From: Felis catus
Taxonomy: Eukaryota
NCBI RefSeq assembly: GCF_018350175.1
Contig: NC_058380.1
Span: forward strand, 91,574,001 to 91,638,000
Direction: 5' to 3'
DNA: 64,000 nucleotides
In this document: positions 1-11,400 of the stretch, in pieces
How the letters are laid out: every line of letters begins with the position of its first letter
How positions within the stretch are numbered: position 1 is the stretch's first letter
Notes under the pieces: generated by a model
What the model was told of the DNA's origin: nothing
What the model saw: the letters and a program-made list of their open reading frames with translations, nothing else
Database searches by the model: none
Position numbers and translations under genes: made by a program

Positions 1-21
1 TTTAAAAACTAAAATTAACAC

Positions 22-216
22 GCGGCACCTGGGTGGCTCAGTGGGTTGAGTGTCTGACTCTTGATTTCAGCTCAGGTCGTGATCCCAGGGCTGTGAAGTT
101 CAGTGTTGGGCTCCGTGCTGAGCACAGAGCCTGCTTGGGATTGTCTCTGTCTCCCTCACCGTCTGCCTCTCCCCCACTCATGCTTCCTGTCTCATTTTCA
201 AATAATAATAATAATA
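22..216 (+). mobile_element. CAN-SINE (carnivore tRNA-derived SINE)
   Basis: Head GGCACCTGGGTGGCTCAGT..GTTGAG..TCTGACTCTTGATTTCAGCTCAGGTC, CT-rich linker and (AAT)n tail. Confidence 0.9.
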
Positions 217-230
217 TAGGATACCATATA

Positions 231-533
231 TGATGGTTTGTTAATTTTATGTGTCAACTTGGCTGGCGTATGGTGTCCACCCGTTGGTCAAACAGCTATT
301 TACATATGGCTGTGAAGGTATGCATTAGATATGTTTAGGATTTACATAAAGCAGATCGCCCTGCATAATGTGGATGGGCCACATCTAATCAGTTTAAGGC
401 CTTCGACCCCCCCAAAGAGGAAAGGATTCTGCATCTGGAGACGCTCTTTGGACTCAAGACTGCAACGCTGACCTGACCCTCCCTTGGGTCTCCAGCCAGC
501 TGCCCTGCCCTGCAGACTTCACACTTGCCAGCA
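231..533 (+). mobile_element. ERVL LTR fragment (MLT2-like)
   Basis: Starts TGATGGTT..TAATTTTATGTGTCAACTTGGCT, resembling the MLT2 5' end as I recall it; ends with CCCTGCAGACTTCACACTTGCCAGC. Subfamily not verified. Confidence 0.65.
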
Positions 534-1355
534 ATTACTTTCTTGGGCATTTATCCCAGGACAGTGAAGACATTTTCATGCAGGAACATGTGTTCATAAC
601 AGCCTTACTGGTAATAGCCCCAAACTAGAAACTACACAAGTGTCTTTCTCTAGGTGATCAACCGAACAGAGTAGATTCACCCACACCCTGGAATACGATT
701 CAGCCATAAAAGGAAGGAGCCATTGCTGTGCTCAACGATGTGGGTGAACTTCAAGGAAGTTGCTGAGTGGTAAAAGCCAATCTCAGAAGGAGAGGTTGTA
801 CCTGATCCGTTTACACAACAGTTGTGAAGTAATACAATTACAAAGGCTGAGAACTCGTGTGGGTGTGGCTAGAAAGGGGTAGCATGGGAGCGTCTCGTGA
901 AGGTCAGTTGAGTTCTTGCTGGTGGGACACATGGCTGTGAGTGTGATAAGACTACAGAGAGCCACACATGTGCACACGCACAGACACGTAAGTGCATGTA
1001 AAATGGGGAATAGGGGGCGCCTGGGTGGCTCAGGCGGTAAGTGTCCCGATTCCAGCCCAGGTCATGATCTCACGGCTCATGTGTTCAAGCCCCACATTGG
1101 GCTTGGTGCTGATGGTGCACAGCCTGCTTGGGATTCTCTGTCTCTCCCTCTCTCTCTGCTCCGTCTGCACATTGCCTCTCAAAATGAATAAATGAATCTT
1201 TAAAAAAAAAAAAAACCAAAACACAAAAACAAATGAAATGCCCACCTAGGGCACTGGGGAAAAAGTATAAAGGATTTCCGTGCACATCTGGGCTAAATTC
1301 TTCTATGAACTCAAGCTATAAATGGATATATGTCGAGACTTGTCAGAACAGTAAA
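534..1355 (+). mobile_element. Old LINE-1 3' end fragment (L1M-type), interrupted by a CAN-SINE
   Basis: CTTGGGCATTTATCCCAG..., AATAGCCCCAAACTAGAAAC and GAATACGATTCAGCCATAAAAGG are typical of the L1 ORF2 end and 3'UTR. Confidence 0.7.
1013..1235 (+). mobile_element. CAN-SINE
   Basis: GGGGCGCCTGGGTGGCTCAG head, (CT)n linker, A-rich tail. Confidence 0.92.
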
Positions 1356-2490
1356 AAAAAAGAATTGTTGAACCTACCATCACAGTTGGAAATTTAATAT
1401 ACATCCCTAATAATTGGTAGGCTGTGGTAGTTTTGAACACTACTAATAATTTGATGTCATGGGCAGAATTAGGTTAACGCGTTAGTCAGTCTTACTAACT
1501 GGAGAACACACATTCTTTTCAGGCGCACGCAGAACAGGTCTAACTATTTACGACCACGTGCTGGGGAAAAAGCCAGTCCGGCAAATGTCAGAATATATTT
1601 GAGGATGGCTCTCAGACAGACCTCGCGCTCCAATCGGGATGCAGGGAAGTTCCAAGTCAACACCAAAAAGGGAACCAGAAAGAGCCCAGACTTCTGGATA
1701 TTGAAATACACACACCTAAACAGCTCATGTGTCAGATAAGAAAGTCCAACGAAAGTGGAAAAAATTGACCTAAATGGAAGCGAAGAGCATACAGCAGCCA
1801 ACACAGACAAGAGGGAGATGTATCCAGACACTTAGACACTCACGTCAGGAGAGAAGAAGGCTAGTCAGTACTGAACTGGGCATTGCATTTCAGAATTTCA
1901 GAAGCCGGAAAAAGACCTAGCAGAATAAATAACAAAGCATATGGAAGGAAGAAATTATACTTAATTTGTAGTGAACATTTACTGCATACTTGCTACTTTT
2001 CTCGATACTGGGGAGCAGACAACCGAAACAGACACAGAAATTCCTGCTCACATAATACGCTCAAGGTGGAGTGAAAGAGACGGGAGTACAAATCAGCGAA
2101 ACAGAAAACAGGCCTCAGAGAGAACATCGCTGAAGGGGAATGCGTGGCTGAGAAGACAGACACCTGGCCAGAGGAGTCATCCGGGGCGGACGTAAATGCT
2201 AGAAACAACATGACCTGTGCGGCAGGAATTAGGCAGATACTAACAGCTCGTGCCTGTCCGCTTGAAGTGGATGCCTTGCAGGGAAAAACTCCAGGCCTGC
2301 GTGCTCCTGCAGGCAAGTTCTCAAGGAACAGATAATGCAAATGCGATGTAACTTTTTCCAGAGGTTTGCGAGGCTAATATAACCCTGATGGTCAGACCGA
2401 AGAGGGACTTCACAGGAAAGGACAAGTACAGTCTAACTCACTGTTAGTCTTCAGAATAGAACTGTCACAGGGCGGGCGGGGGGTGCGGGG

Positions 2491-2650
2491 GGGGTGGTGG
2501 GCTTAGCTGGTGGAGCATTTCGGCTCAGGTCATGGTCCCAGGGTTTCTGGGATCAAACCCCGCATTGGGCTCTGTGCTGAGCGTGGAGCCTGCCTGAGAT
2601 TCTCTCGCTCTGCTGCTCACGAGCTCGCTCTCCAAAAAAAAAAAAAAGGA
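2491..2650 (+). mobile_element. CAN-SINE (diverged, internally deleted)
   Basis: GGCTCAGGTCATGGTCCCAGG..GGGATCAAACCCCGCATTGGGCTCTGTGCTG and a poly-A tail. Confidence 0.8.
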
Positions 2651-3363
2651 ATAAAATTGTGAGTTATTTTGCGAACCACGGGAAAGCCATAGGCACATCC
2701 AACGGGAAGGAGAGGATGTTGTGTTATGGAGACGCTGGAAGCTGGGAGGCGTTTTTCTGAACCCACGTCCACTGGAGAGAAGCAGGGGGTCGGGGTGACG
2801 GCCACTGGTGAGCGGCGGGGGGGCGGGCTTCTTGCAGGAGAGGCGGTGCATCTGTCCCTGTCGGGGCGGGAACCGGGATTCTTTCCCAAGGACACTCTTC
2901 CGTGGAGGCTGCGCCGGGGACTCCTTCCCGACGGCGCAGCGCCCCCTTCTGGCTGCGTTAGCGAGGTTTCTCCGGGAATGTGCCCACGCAACGGGTGTTT
3001 ACATTCAGGGCCGCTTGTGGTTGAAATACCGACAGGGTTTTTCAAGGAACTTGGTAAGCTGGTTCGAGAGATTTCTGTGGAGGAGCTCAGGGCTCCAGCC
3101 AAAGAAGCAGGGAGAGGGGACTTTCCTCCCAGAGATCGAGACGCGCTAGCACTCCCTGGCTGAATGCCCTATGGTGTGGGCATGGGCCCGTGTCTGCAGA
3201 CCCGCCCGTCAGGGCAGAAAGGCCAGCCCACGGGATACAAGGCCCGGGAAGACCGGTTCCCCAGGCGGGAGAACGGGAATCGGAACCCCTTCCTCTCACC
3301 CTCCACAAAAAACACGTCCAGGTGGATCAGACTCACAATCAGCAGGACGCTAAAACCTTTCGA

Positions 3364-3566
3364 TTTTTTCCCCGAAGTTAATTCACTTACTTTGAGAGAG
3401 GCAGAGACGGTGTGAGTGGGGGAGAGGCAGAGAAAGAGAATCCCAAGCAGGCTCTGCACGGTCAGCATAGAGCCTGACGCGGGGCTGGAACCCATGAACC
3501 GTGAGATCATGACCTGAGCCAAAACCAAGAGCCTACGCTTAACGGGCTGAGCCCCCCAGGCGCCCC
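3364..3566 (-). mobile_element. CAN-SINE
   Basis: Reverse copy: GAGAGAGGCAGAG..GAATCCCAAGCAGGCTC..GTGAGATCATGACCTGAGCC..CCAGGCGCCCC. Confidence 0.9.
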
Positions 3567-4545
3567 TCGAACAAAGCCTTTACAAAGCGAGTGAGGAGAA
3601 CATCCTACGACCTCCCGGTAGACTACTCACACGAGACCCCATAGGAGCAGAAAAGCAACACATCTGGACTAATTCAGAGTTTCCATGACTTCGCTGCCAG
3701 GATGAACGTTCAGAGTCTACATAAAGAATGCCTGCAAGTGAATGCGAAAACATAAACAACCTCTAGAAAAAGCAATAAGGGCCTGAACAGGCACTTGCAC
3801 AGCAGACAGGAAAAACACCCCGTCTCTTCAGAAACACAGGAAGCGCCACAGAAATCTCGAGGGTCCATGTTCACCAGCGTCTCACAAACCATCAAGTTGT
3901 GACGTCAATTCCAAACGTCGGAGAGGACGCAGGGGAACCAACACTGTGTGTCTGGTCTTGGGAGTGCCGGATGGCGCCCTCATTTTGAAAACAATGTAGT
4001 GTTTGCTGGGGATGCTCACACACATGCATACAACCACCCACTTGTTCCTAGGAAGTTCCCCCAGGGAAATGCGTGCAAATGCAAATGCAAATGCAAAAAA
4101 AAAAAAAAACCAAAAAACCAGCCTGGAGCTAGAGACCCCTGCGTGTTCGTGCTCATGCTCAAGCTCATGCACTCGGATGATGACGTGCAGGCTTCAGGGG
4201 AGCCAGGCCAGAAAACGGTGCGGCAACCACAATAAACCAACCACAACTTCAGAGGTCTACGTGGACGGACCTCAGAAGTCACTTGAGCGAAAGAAGCAAG
4301 TTACAGAACCATCTGTGCAGCACGTAAACATAAACTGCGGTCCAGCACAGGAAACGCAACAGATATATTTATTTAGGGGGAAAAATATATATGAACGCAA
4401 ATGCGTGGATAAGTGGAACACTATAGAGAGAAATATGAGACTGACGAACGTAAAACCCAAGAGAGTGCGTGGCTCTGACTGGGGCCACGGAGGGGTCTTT
4501 GATGTACCCGTTCCCCTCTTGTGTGTTTGTTTTGTTTTTGTTTTT

Positions 4546-4760
4546 AATTTTTTTTCAACGTTTTTTATTTATTTTTGGGACAGAGAGAGACAGAGCATGA
4601 ACGGGGGAGGGGCAGAGAGAGAGGGAGACACAGAATCGGAAAAGGCTCCAGGCTCTGAACCATTAGCCCGGAGCCTGACGCGGGGCTCGAACTCACGGAC
4701 CGCGAGATCGTGACCTGGCTGAAGTCAGACGCTTAACCGACTGCGCCACCCAGGCGCCCC
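4546..4760 (-). mobile_element. Young felid-type CAN-SINE (SINEC_Fc-like)
   Basis: Near-consensus reverse copy: GAGAGAGGGAGACACAGAATCGGAA..CTCACGGACCGCGAGATCGTGACCTGGCTGAAGTC..CCACCCAGGCGCCCC; CpGs largely intact. Confidence 0.92.
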
Positions 4761-4761
4761 A

Positions 4762-4898
4762 TGTTTGTTTGTTTTTTAATAGGTTTCACACCCAGCGAGG
4801 AGCCCTGTGCGGGGCATAGGACCCATGACCCTGAGAAAAAGACCTGGGCTGAGATCACAAGCCGGATGCTTAACACACTGAGCCGCCCAGGCGCCCCC
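4762..4898 (-). mobile_element. Older short CAN-SINE
   Basis: Reverse head ..GACCTGGGCTGAGATCACAAGCCGGATGCTTAACACACTGAGCCGCCCAGGCGCCCC with a T-rich tail. Confidence 0.8.
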
Positions 4899-5175
4899 GT
4901 GTTGTTAGTCTTCCCACCGTGCACAATTGCCCCACCTGCTCTCCTGTGTGTCTGCTGTGCCTCACAAGGCGCCACAGCCTTTTCCCCTTCCCCGGGTCCC
5001 TTTGGAAGATCCGCTCTCCTCAGGACAGGTGGTGGGTGGGCCTCCCCTGTGCCCACACCGTGCGGTTCAGGAGCACCCCTAGCTCACTGTGCATGCACGG
5101 ATCCTGGGGCACAAGTGTTTGCTGAGTGACTGAATGAGCACGTGAAGAAAGGGAGCAGTGAGTTGTGAACGTGAA

Positions 5176-5549
5176 TGAAGGGAAGGGTCACCAAAGTGGA
5201 CTCTGGATGTGGCTGGAAGGGGGAGCCAGAGCCCTAAAGGCCAATCACAGGAAGAATCATGACTTACAGGCCCCACCAGGGAAAGATGCGCACTACCTCT
5301 CCTATGGGAAACCCACCCCCTGAGACCCACCAGTGGCCGTCACTCTGAACTCTCGCTTTTCTCCAGTGGACGTGGGTTCAGAATAACCCCTTCCTCCGTC
5401 TCCTCCGTAAAATAGCATCCTCTCCTTTCTTTGTCAGATCTCTGCCTGTAGTTTTGTTGGAGTTTGTAAATGCCGAGCTGCGATTCTGTCATCCCCAAAT
5501 ACACCAATTTTTGCTAGTCAAATAGACTGTCTTACTTTTCGGGTGAACA
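5176..5549 (+). mobile_element. ERV1-type solo LTR (MER34-like)
   Basis: TG...CA termini (TGAAGGG ... GGTGAACA); the 3' part (CCCCAAATACACCAATTTTTGCTAGTCAAATA) resembles the MER34 family as recalled. Family not verified. Confidence 0.5.
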
Positions 5550-7373
5550 GAGTGAAGGGCCTTTACCGGTTAAGAGGTTTCAGCCATAAGACGCGGCGCC
5601 TCCCAACGGGGAGACTGAGGCAGGCATAGCCAAGATGTCCGTGGGCCTCAGCAAGGTCCGCGACCTGGGAGGTCTGGATCCCTCTGGCTGCACCTCTCTG
5701 CAAAGGCATTCCTCTGCCAGGACCCAGGGCCAGGCCACATGTAGCACATCTGGAGCCCTCCTCCCCCCCCCCAGTCACCCCTAGGTTCCCAGAGGCCCCT
5801 CCCATGGTGAGTTCCTGCCAGGAGCCCCCTTTCGTGCCCCCCAGCCCACCTCCCACTCAGGAAGGACGTCTCTGCGCCAAGGAGGGAGGTTGCGGCCCCG
5901 GTTCTGTCCCAGAGAGAACTCACTCTCAGGCTTCGTCCTGGCTGCCCCCTGCTCCCTGCCTGCTTTCCTTCTCTTCCGGGACTAATCTGGGCCCTGGGCC
6001 ACGAGCCCTCCCGCATCCAGGCCTCCACTACCCTGGCCCCATCCTCTCCCGGCTGGTGGGTCTCCGTCCGAGGACCAACCAGAGCATCAGGGAACCCTGC
6101 TTGGGCTCAGTGCGGTGAGGTGTGGGGGCCGGGAGGGGGGCCAGCACAGGGTGGGCGGGCCTGTAGGCAGCGCCCGGCTGCCCTTTCTTGCGCTGGGCTC
6201 CCTGTGGGCCGCCTTTGTCTCTTTCTTTTCAACTTAATCTGCAGGCCTCTCCCTCCTCTGGGCTCTCCCTGTGGAAGAAAGGCCTAGAGGGAGGGGCAGG
6301 GGGGTGCCCGCAGAGCCACAGCCCTGTGCTGGCCACACCCGGAGACTCTGCTGGGGCCCAGCCAGATGGGGTTGCGAGCAGGCTGAACCATCTCCGGGAT
6401 TCCCACCCTTTCTGCTCTCGGGGTCCAGAGCTGAAAGAAAAGCTCCTTCACTAGGCCAGTGACACCAGCTCCTCAGCCTGGGCAGCATCCCAGCCCAATT
6501 GTTCCTGCTGGTTCCAGCCAGCCCGGGTGCTGCCCAGACCCTGTCCCCATCAAAGGCCACCCTTTGGCCACCACCTCCCTGCCCCCAGTCACTGGCGCTC
6601 GGGGTGGTCTTGCCACATGGCTCCCTGCTGTTACGTGGCTGGGATTCTTGGTGCCGGAATTCCTGTTTTGCCTAAGGCCCGGAGTGGGGGTGGCTCCCGG
6701 CCAGGGAAAGGGGTGATGCTTGGCTAGGGTGGCTCACAGGGTGCCTGGGGAGTTAAAGCAGAGGCCAGACGGTTCAGGGGATTAAGGGCAGAGCTGAGGT
6801 CTAGGGCTGGCTGAGCGCTTCCCTATCCCAGTCAGCATCCAGGGACCTGTTGGCAGACAACCAGGGCTGGGAGAGCTTCTCCCTTATCTCCTTGCCCGGT
6901 GCACAGAGGACCCTCCTCCTGCTCCCCACCCCCTGCCCTCCCCAGTCCAGGCTTCTGGGCACCCCACTCTCCAGGCAGAGGGGGTGTCAGCGATGGGCCA
7001 GCCCCTGAGCCAGGAGACTGGCACTGGTCCATATGAGCTTGGGCTCTGGTCTCTCAGTTCACTGTAAGCGTGACCACCCTGCCCCTTTCTCTAGGTGTGT
7101 CCTCACCTGTCACCTTGGCACTAGGGCTGTGTGTGGGATAGGTCTGGCTTCATGTTGCTTGGCTGCCCAGCTTTGAGCCCTCAGCACCTTGAGGGCAGGC
7201 CCAGACTGGGTCACTCTGATGTCCCCAGGGCCTGACTGTACCTTTGCAGCTACCTGCCGTGTGGCCTACAGCTGGGTCAGCACCACTGGCTGGCTGGCCC
7301 TTGATTTCATGGAGAGCTCGGCAGGACCCCAGCCGGGACCGGTGCAGCTCCTGTCGCTAGTGGTGGCTCCTTC

Positions 7374-7390
7374 AGGTCAGGATCAGGTCA
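7374..7390 (+). promoter_or_regulatory. Perfect DR5 nuclear-receptor element (RARE-type) upstream of ENTPD2
   Basis: AGGTCA-ggatc-AGGTCA, ~530 bp before the ENTPD2 ATG. Motif match only. Confidence 0.4.
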
Positions 7391-7599
7391 GGATCAGGCC
7401 GGAGAAAAGCTGGCCACTCCGGCAGCCTGGCCCTCTGAACCAGGCTGCCTGAGAGCCAGCCCAGCCCACCCTTCCAGGCCAGGCCTCCTGCCTAGACTCT
7501 CCTGGAGAGGGCTGGGGTTTCTCTAGGTCCTGCCCAGGGGAGGTGGGGGGAATCCCCCAGTGCCCACAGGCCGACCCTGGTAGCCAGCACGAGGGGTCA

Positions 7600-8400
7600 G
7601 GGGGACGCGGCAGAGGGGACGAGTGTCGGAACTGGGCGGACAGGAAGCAGGAGGTGCTCGATAGCCGCGACCGGGGGCGCTGGGAGGGGCGGCGCGGGTG
7701 ATTCAGCCGACACTTCTCCCACCTGCGCTCGCGGGGCGGGCGGGCGGTGGGCGGGGCGGCCAGTCAGTGGGCGGTCCTGGTCCGCCAGTGGGCGTGGCCA
7801 GCCGTGGCCTCTGTCCGCGCCCCGCCCTGGGCGCCTACCCCCGGGCCCCGGGCCCCCGGCCTCCAGCTCCCTGCCGCCCCTTCGACAACGTCTGGTGCAC
7901 CCGCGCGCCCGCCCATGGCTGGGAAGGTGCTGTCGCTGCTGCCGCCGTTGCTGCTGGCCGCGGCGGGCCTCGCCGGGTTCCTACTGCTGTGCGTCCCCAC
8001 TCGAGACATCTGGGAGCTGCCCGCCCTCAAGGTGCACGCTCGGGCATCCGGCGCAGTCCGCGGAGTTGCGGGCCCCGGCTGGGAGGCTTGGACCCGAGCA
8101 GGGCCAGGCTGCGCTCCCGCGGCAGCCGGGGACCCCCACCCGCGCTGCGCTGCGCTCCTGGCCGGGCGGGGGGGTGGAGTCCCGGGAACTCCCCGCTCGC
8201 GGTGCCCGTCGCGTAGCCTGTCAGGGACGCGGCCGAGAAGCTGTCTCTCCGCTCCCCAGATGCAGCCCCAGGACGCCCCAGGCTGCGGCTGGACCCTCCG
8301 CCCCCAGCCCTGTGCTGTGCCCCAGGGATGCATACCCTCAGGGTTCAGTCAGATGGGGCGCGGCGGGCGTCGGAGCCTAGGGACCCCTCCCCACCCACCC
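7600..8400 (+). promoter_or_regulatory. CpG island / GC-box promoter of ENTPD2
   Basis: Dense CpGs and several GGGCGG boxes (7686-7830) spanning exon 1. Boundaries approximate. Confidence 0.8.
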
Positions 8401-11400
8401 GGTGGCCCTGACAGTGCGGGGTCTGCCCTTGAGGGGTGCCCGGTGGGAGGACAGGCCCGGCTGGTCCTAGAGGCGTTGGGGTGGGCTAGGCCAGATCTGC
8501 TCCCGCCAGGCTCCCGCAGTCCTGCCGGCTCCCTTGACCCTTTATTGGACTGGCAGGAAGAGAGCTTTGCTGGGGGCATGTGGGTGCTCCAAGCCCCAGC
8601 AGCCCAGGATGGGAGGTCGCAGGAGTGGGCGCTCTGTAGCCAAGAGCCACAGCTTGGGGGCTGCTGAGGCTGGGTGGCGGTTAGCCCGCTGATGCTGCTG
8701 TTCCCGGGTTGGGGAATAGGCCTGGAGAGGCCCCTTTCCCCTGCTCAAGAGGGCACGGGCTCCAGTGGGGCTCTCAGTGCTGGGAGCCTGGCCCCTGGAA
8801 CTGCAAGGAAGGCCCACGTGGCCCCTCTCAGCTCTGCAGGACCCAGCTCAGAGGTGCTGGCCTTGAGGCTCAGGGAGGGGGTGTCTTCCACATCCTGAGG
8901 CTGGGCTGAGGTCAGAGAGGTAGGGACACAGACGTGGAGAAAGCGTGGGTGCAGGTGTTCCTGCAACTGGGTTTCTCTACTGCAACCTGGGGACCTCACG
9001 TCCCTAGGGCGTTTCCGAGGGTGGTCCCGGGACTTTTCTGACACTGACACAACCCTTCAGCTTGCCCTTGCCAGGAAAGTTCCTGCAGTCAGAGGAGAAA
9101 AGGCTCCTGGCTGTCTACCCCTGCCCCCATTCTCTCCCCTACCAAGCCGTGTCTCTGTGGTCGTCCCTGCCGCCTGAACCCCAGTACTTCATCCTGGAGG
9201 TTCCAACCTTGCCACAGGGTGGGGGTGGGGGGAGACCCGGGGAGCCAAGGGGCGTGGCCTCAGGTCCCCACCCTCACCCCCATTCCCAGTACGGCATTGT
9301 CCTGGACGCGGGCTCTTCGCACACGTCCATGTTCATCTACAAGTGGCCTGCAGACAAGGAGAATGACACGGGCATCGTGGGCCAGCACAGCTCCTGTAAT
9401 GTACGCGGTAAGGCCCCCTGCGCCTAGACACCCGCTCCACTCACTGTAGGGCCTCAGGCGCCCTCTCTGGCCTCAGGCTCTGAAGCCAGGCGCCTTGGCC
9501 CGATGCCACTGGGGCCTGCTCCAGGAAGGAGCTGCAGGAGCCTCCAAAAGAGGCTGGGACCTTGGGCCTGGGAGAGGCTACAGGCAGTTCATTCTAGAAA
9601 GTAAGCCTCAGGCAGTGACTGGGAGGTTTGGGCTTTGCCTGGCCCAAGACTGGCACACCCAGGCACGCCCCTTGGGAGGCTAGGCCAGATTGACAATGCC
9701 TAGTGCTTTATCCTGGCACCTGGGCCCACACCCATGGGCGGGCAGCAGCCTCAGAGACTGGGTGGCCCAAAGGCAGGTAGGCCCTTTTGTCTCTGAGGGC
9801 ATAAACTGGGAAGGTGTGTCCAAGCTGCCACCGGGCTTGGGAGCCCAAGGTCCCCAGCCCTCCTGGCCCATGGCTCTTCCAGGGGCTGGCTGTCAGGCTT
9901 GGGCCCATCTCCCTGTCCCCCTCCAGGAGGAGGCATCTCTAGCTATGCAGACGACCCTTCCAGGGCTGGCCAGAGTCTCGTTGAATGCCTGGACCAGGCG
10001 CTTCAGGAGGTGCCCAAGGAGAGCCATGTGCACACGCCCCTCTACCTGGGAGCCACAGCAGGCATGCGCCTGCTCAAGTGAGTGTGCCCTTGGCCTTCCT
10101 GGTCTCCACAAGAGCCTCAGCATAGGGTGGGCCCCACACACCCTCGGCAGCGGCCCTGAGCGCGGACCCACGCGGCCGACCGGCCACACACGGTGCACCC
10201 CAGCAGCGGGATCTTGGCTCCCTGGCGAGGATGGCCCTCAGAGTCCTCCCTGTGTTACAGCCTGACCAGTCCCGAGGCCTCGGCCAATGTGCTCGCGGCT
10301 GTGACCCGGACGCTGACCCGGTATCCCTTCGATTTCCGTGGTGCCCACATCCTCTCGGGCCAGGACGAGGGGGTGTTCGGCTGGGTGACGGCCAACTACC
10401 TGCTGGAGAACTTCATCAAGGTGGGCCTGACGGTCAGCCCAGCGAGCCAGGGGGCGTGGCACCCACCCACCAGCTGACCCCCACCCTCCGCTCCCCACAG
10501 TATGGCTGGGTGGGCCGGTGGTTCCGGCCAAGGAAGGGGACGCTGGGGGCCATGGACCTGGGGGGCGCCTCCACACAGATCACCTTCGAGACGGCCAGCC
10601 CAGCCGAGGATCCAGCCAATGAGGTCCAGCTGCGGCTCTATGGCCAGCACTACTGCGTCTACACCCACAGCTTCCTCTGCTATGGCCGTGACCAGGTCCT
10701 CCGGAGGCTGCTGGCTGGTGCACTCCAGGTGCCCCACCACCTCTGGCCCACCTGCACCGCTGTGCCCTCCTGGAGGGAGGGGGGTGAGAAGAGATGGGAG
10801 CTGAGGGTTCAGAGCAGAGCCTGGACCGAGGAGGGCTCCTCCGGCAACAGGAACCAAAGCTGGGTTGTAATCAGCTGGCAGGATAGATGCGGAGGGATCC
10901 TTCCTGGGGAAAAGCCAAGTGGTGGTGGGGGGGGGTCTGGCGAGTGCCTGACTGGGGGAAAGGGGGGCCAGGGCCAGGTCTCCAAAGGCCTGGATTTTGT
11001 CCAGCAGATAAAGGGAAGCCATAGATTGCTCCTGAGTGCAGAAAGCGATGTTGCCCAAGTGGGACTTTCGAGAGAGTCAACAGGCAGGCCCTCTGGGGAG
11101 GCTTTCCAAAGGCCCCGGGCAAGGGGTAGCGGGCAGACTCTGGAGGAAGAGTGATGCCTATCACAGCCCTACATCCCCCTAGACCCACGGCTTCCACCCT
11201 TGCTGGCCGAGGGGCTATTCTACCCAAGTGCTGCTTCAGGACGTGTATGAGTCTCCGTGTACCGCGGCCCAGCGGCCCCAGACCTTCAACAGCAGCACCC
11301 GGGTCAGCCTGGCAGGGAGCAGCGACCCTGCCCTCTGCCGTGGCCTCATCTTAGGACTCTTCAATTTCTCCTCCTGCCGCTTCTCCCGATGTTCCTTTAA

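Larger units (their letters stand above)
1370..4480 (+). mobile_element. Degenerate LINE-1 ORF2 remnant (fragmented, non-coding)
   Basis: Recognisable L1 ORF2 pieces: ~1500 (ACATTCTTTTCAGGCGCAC, endonuclease region), ~2365 (GAGGCTAATATAACCCTGAT), ~3020 (peptide EIPTGFFKELGKL), ~3770 (AAGGGCCTGAACAGGCACTT). Many stops and frameshifts; boundaries approximate. Confidence 0.7.

Noticed and set aside
22-110. tRNA-like A/B boxes in SINE heads
   Set aside because: Part of tRNA-derived CAN-SINEs, not tRNA genes.
4075-4097. (GCAAAT)n repeat containing two octamer motifs
   Set aside because: Simple repeat inside an L1 remnant; no support for function.
4003-4713. 236-aa ORF
   Set aside because: Chimera of L1 remnant, microsatellite and antisense SINE.
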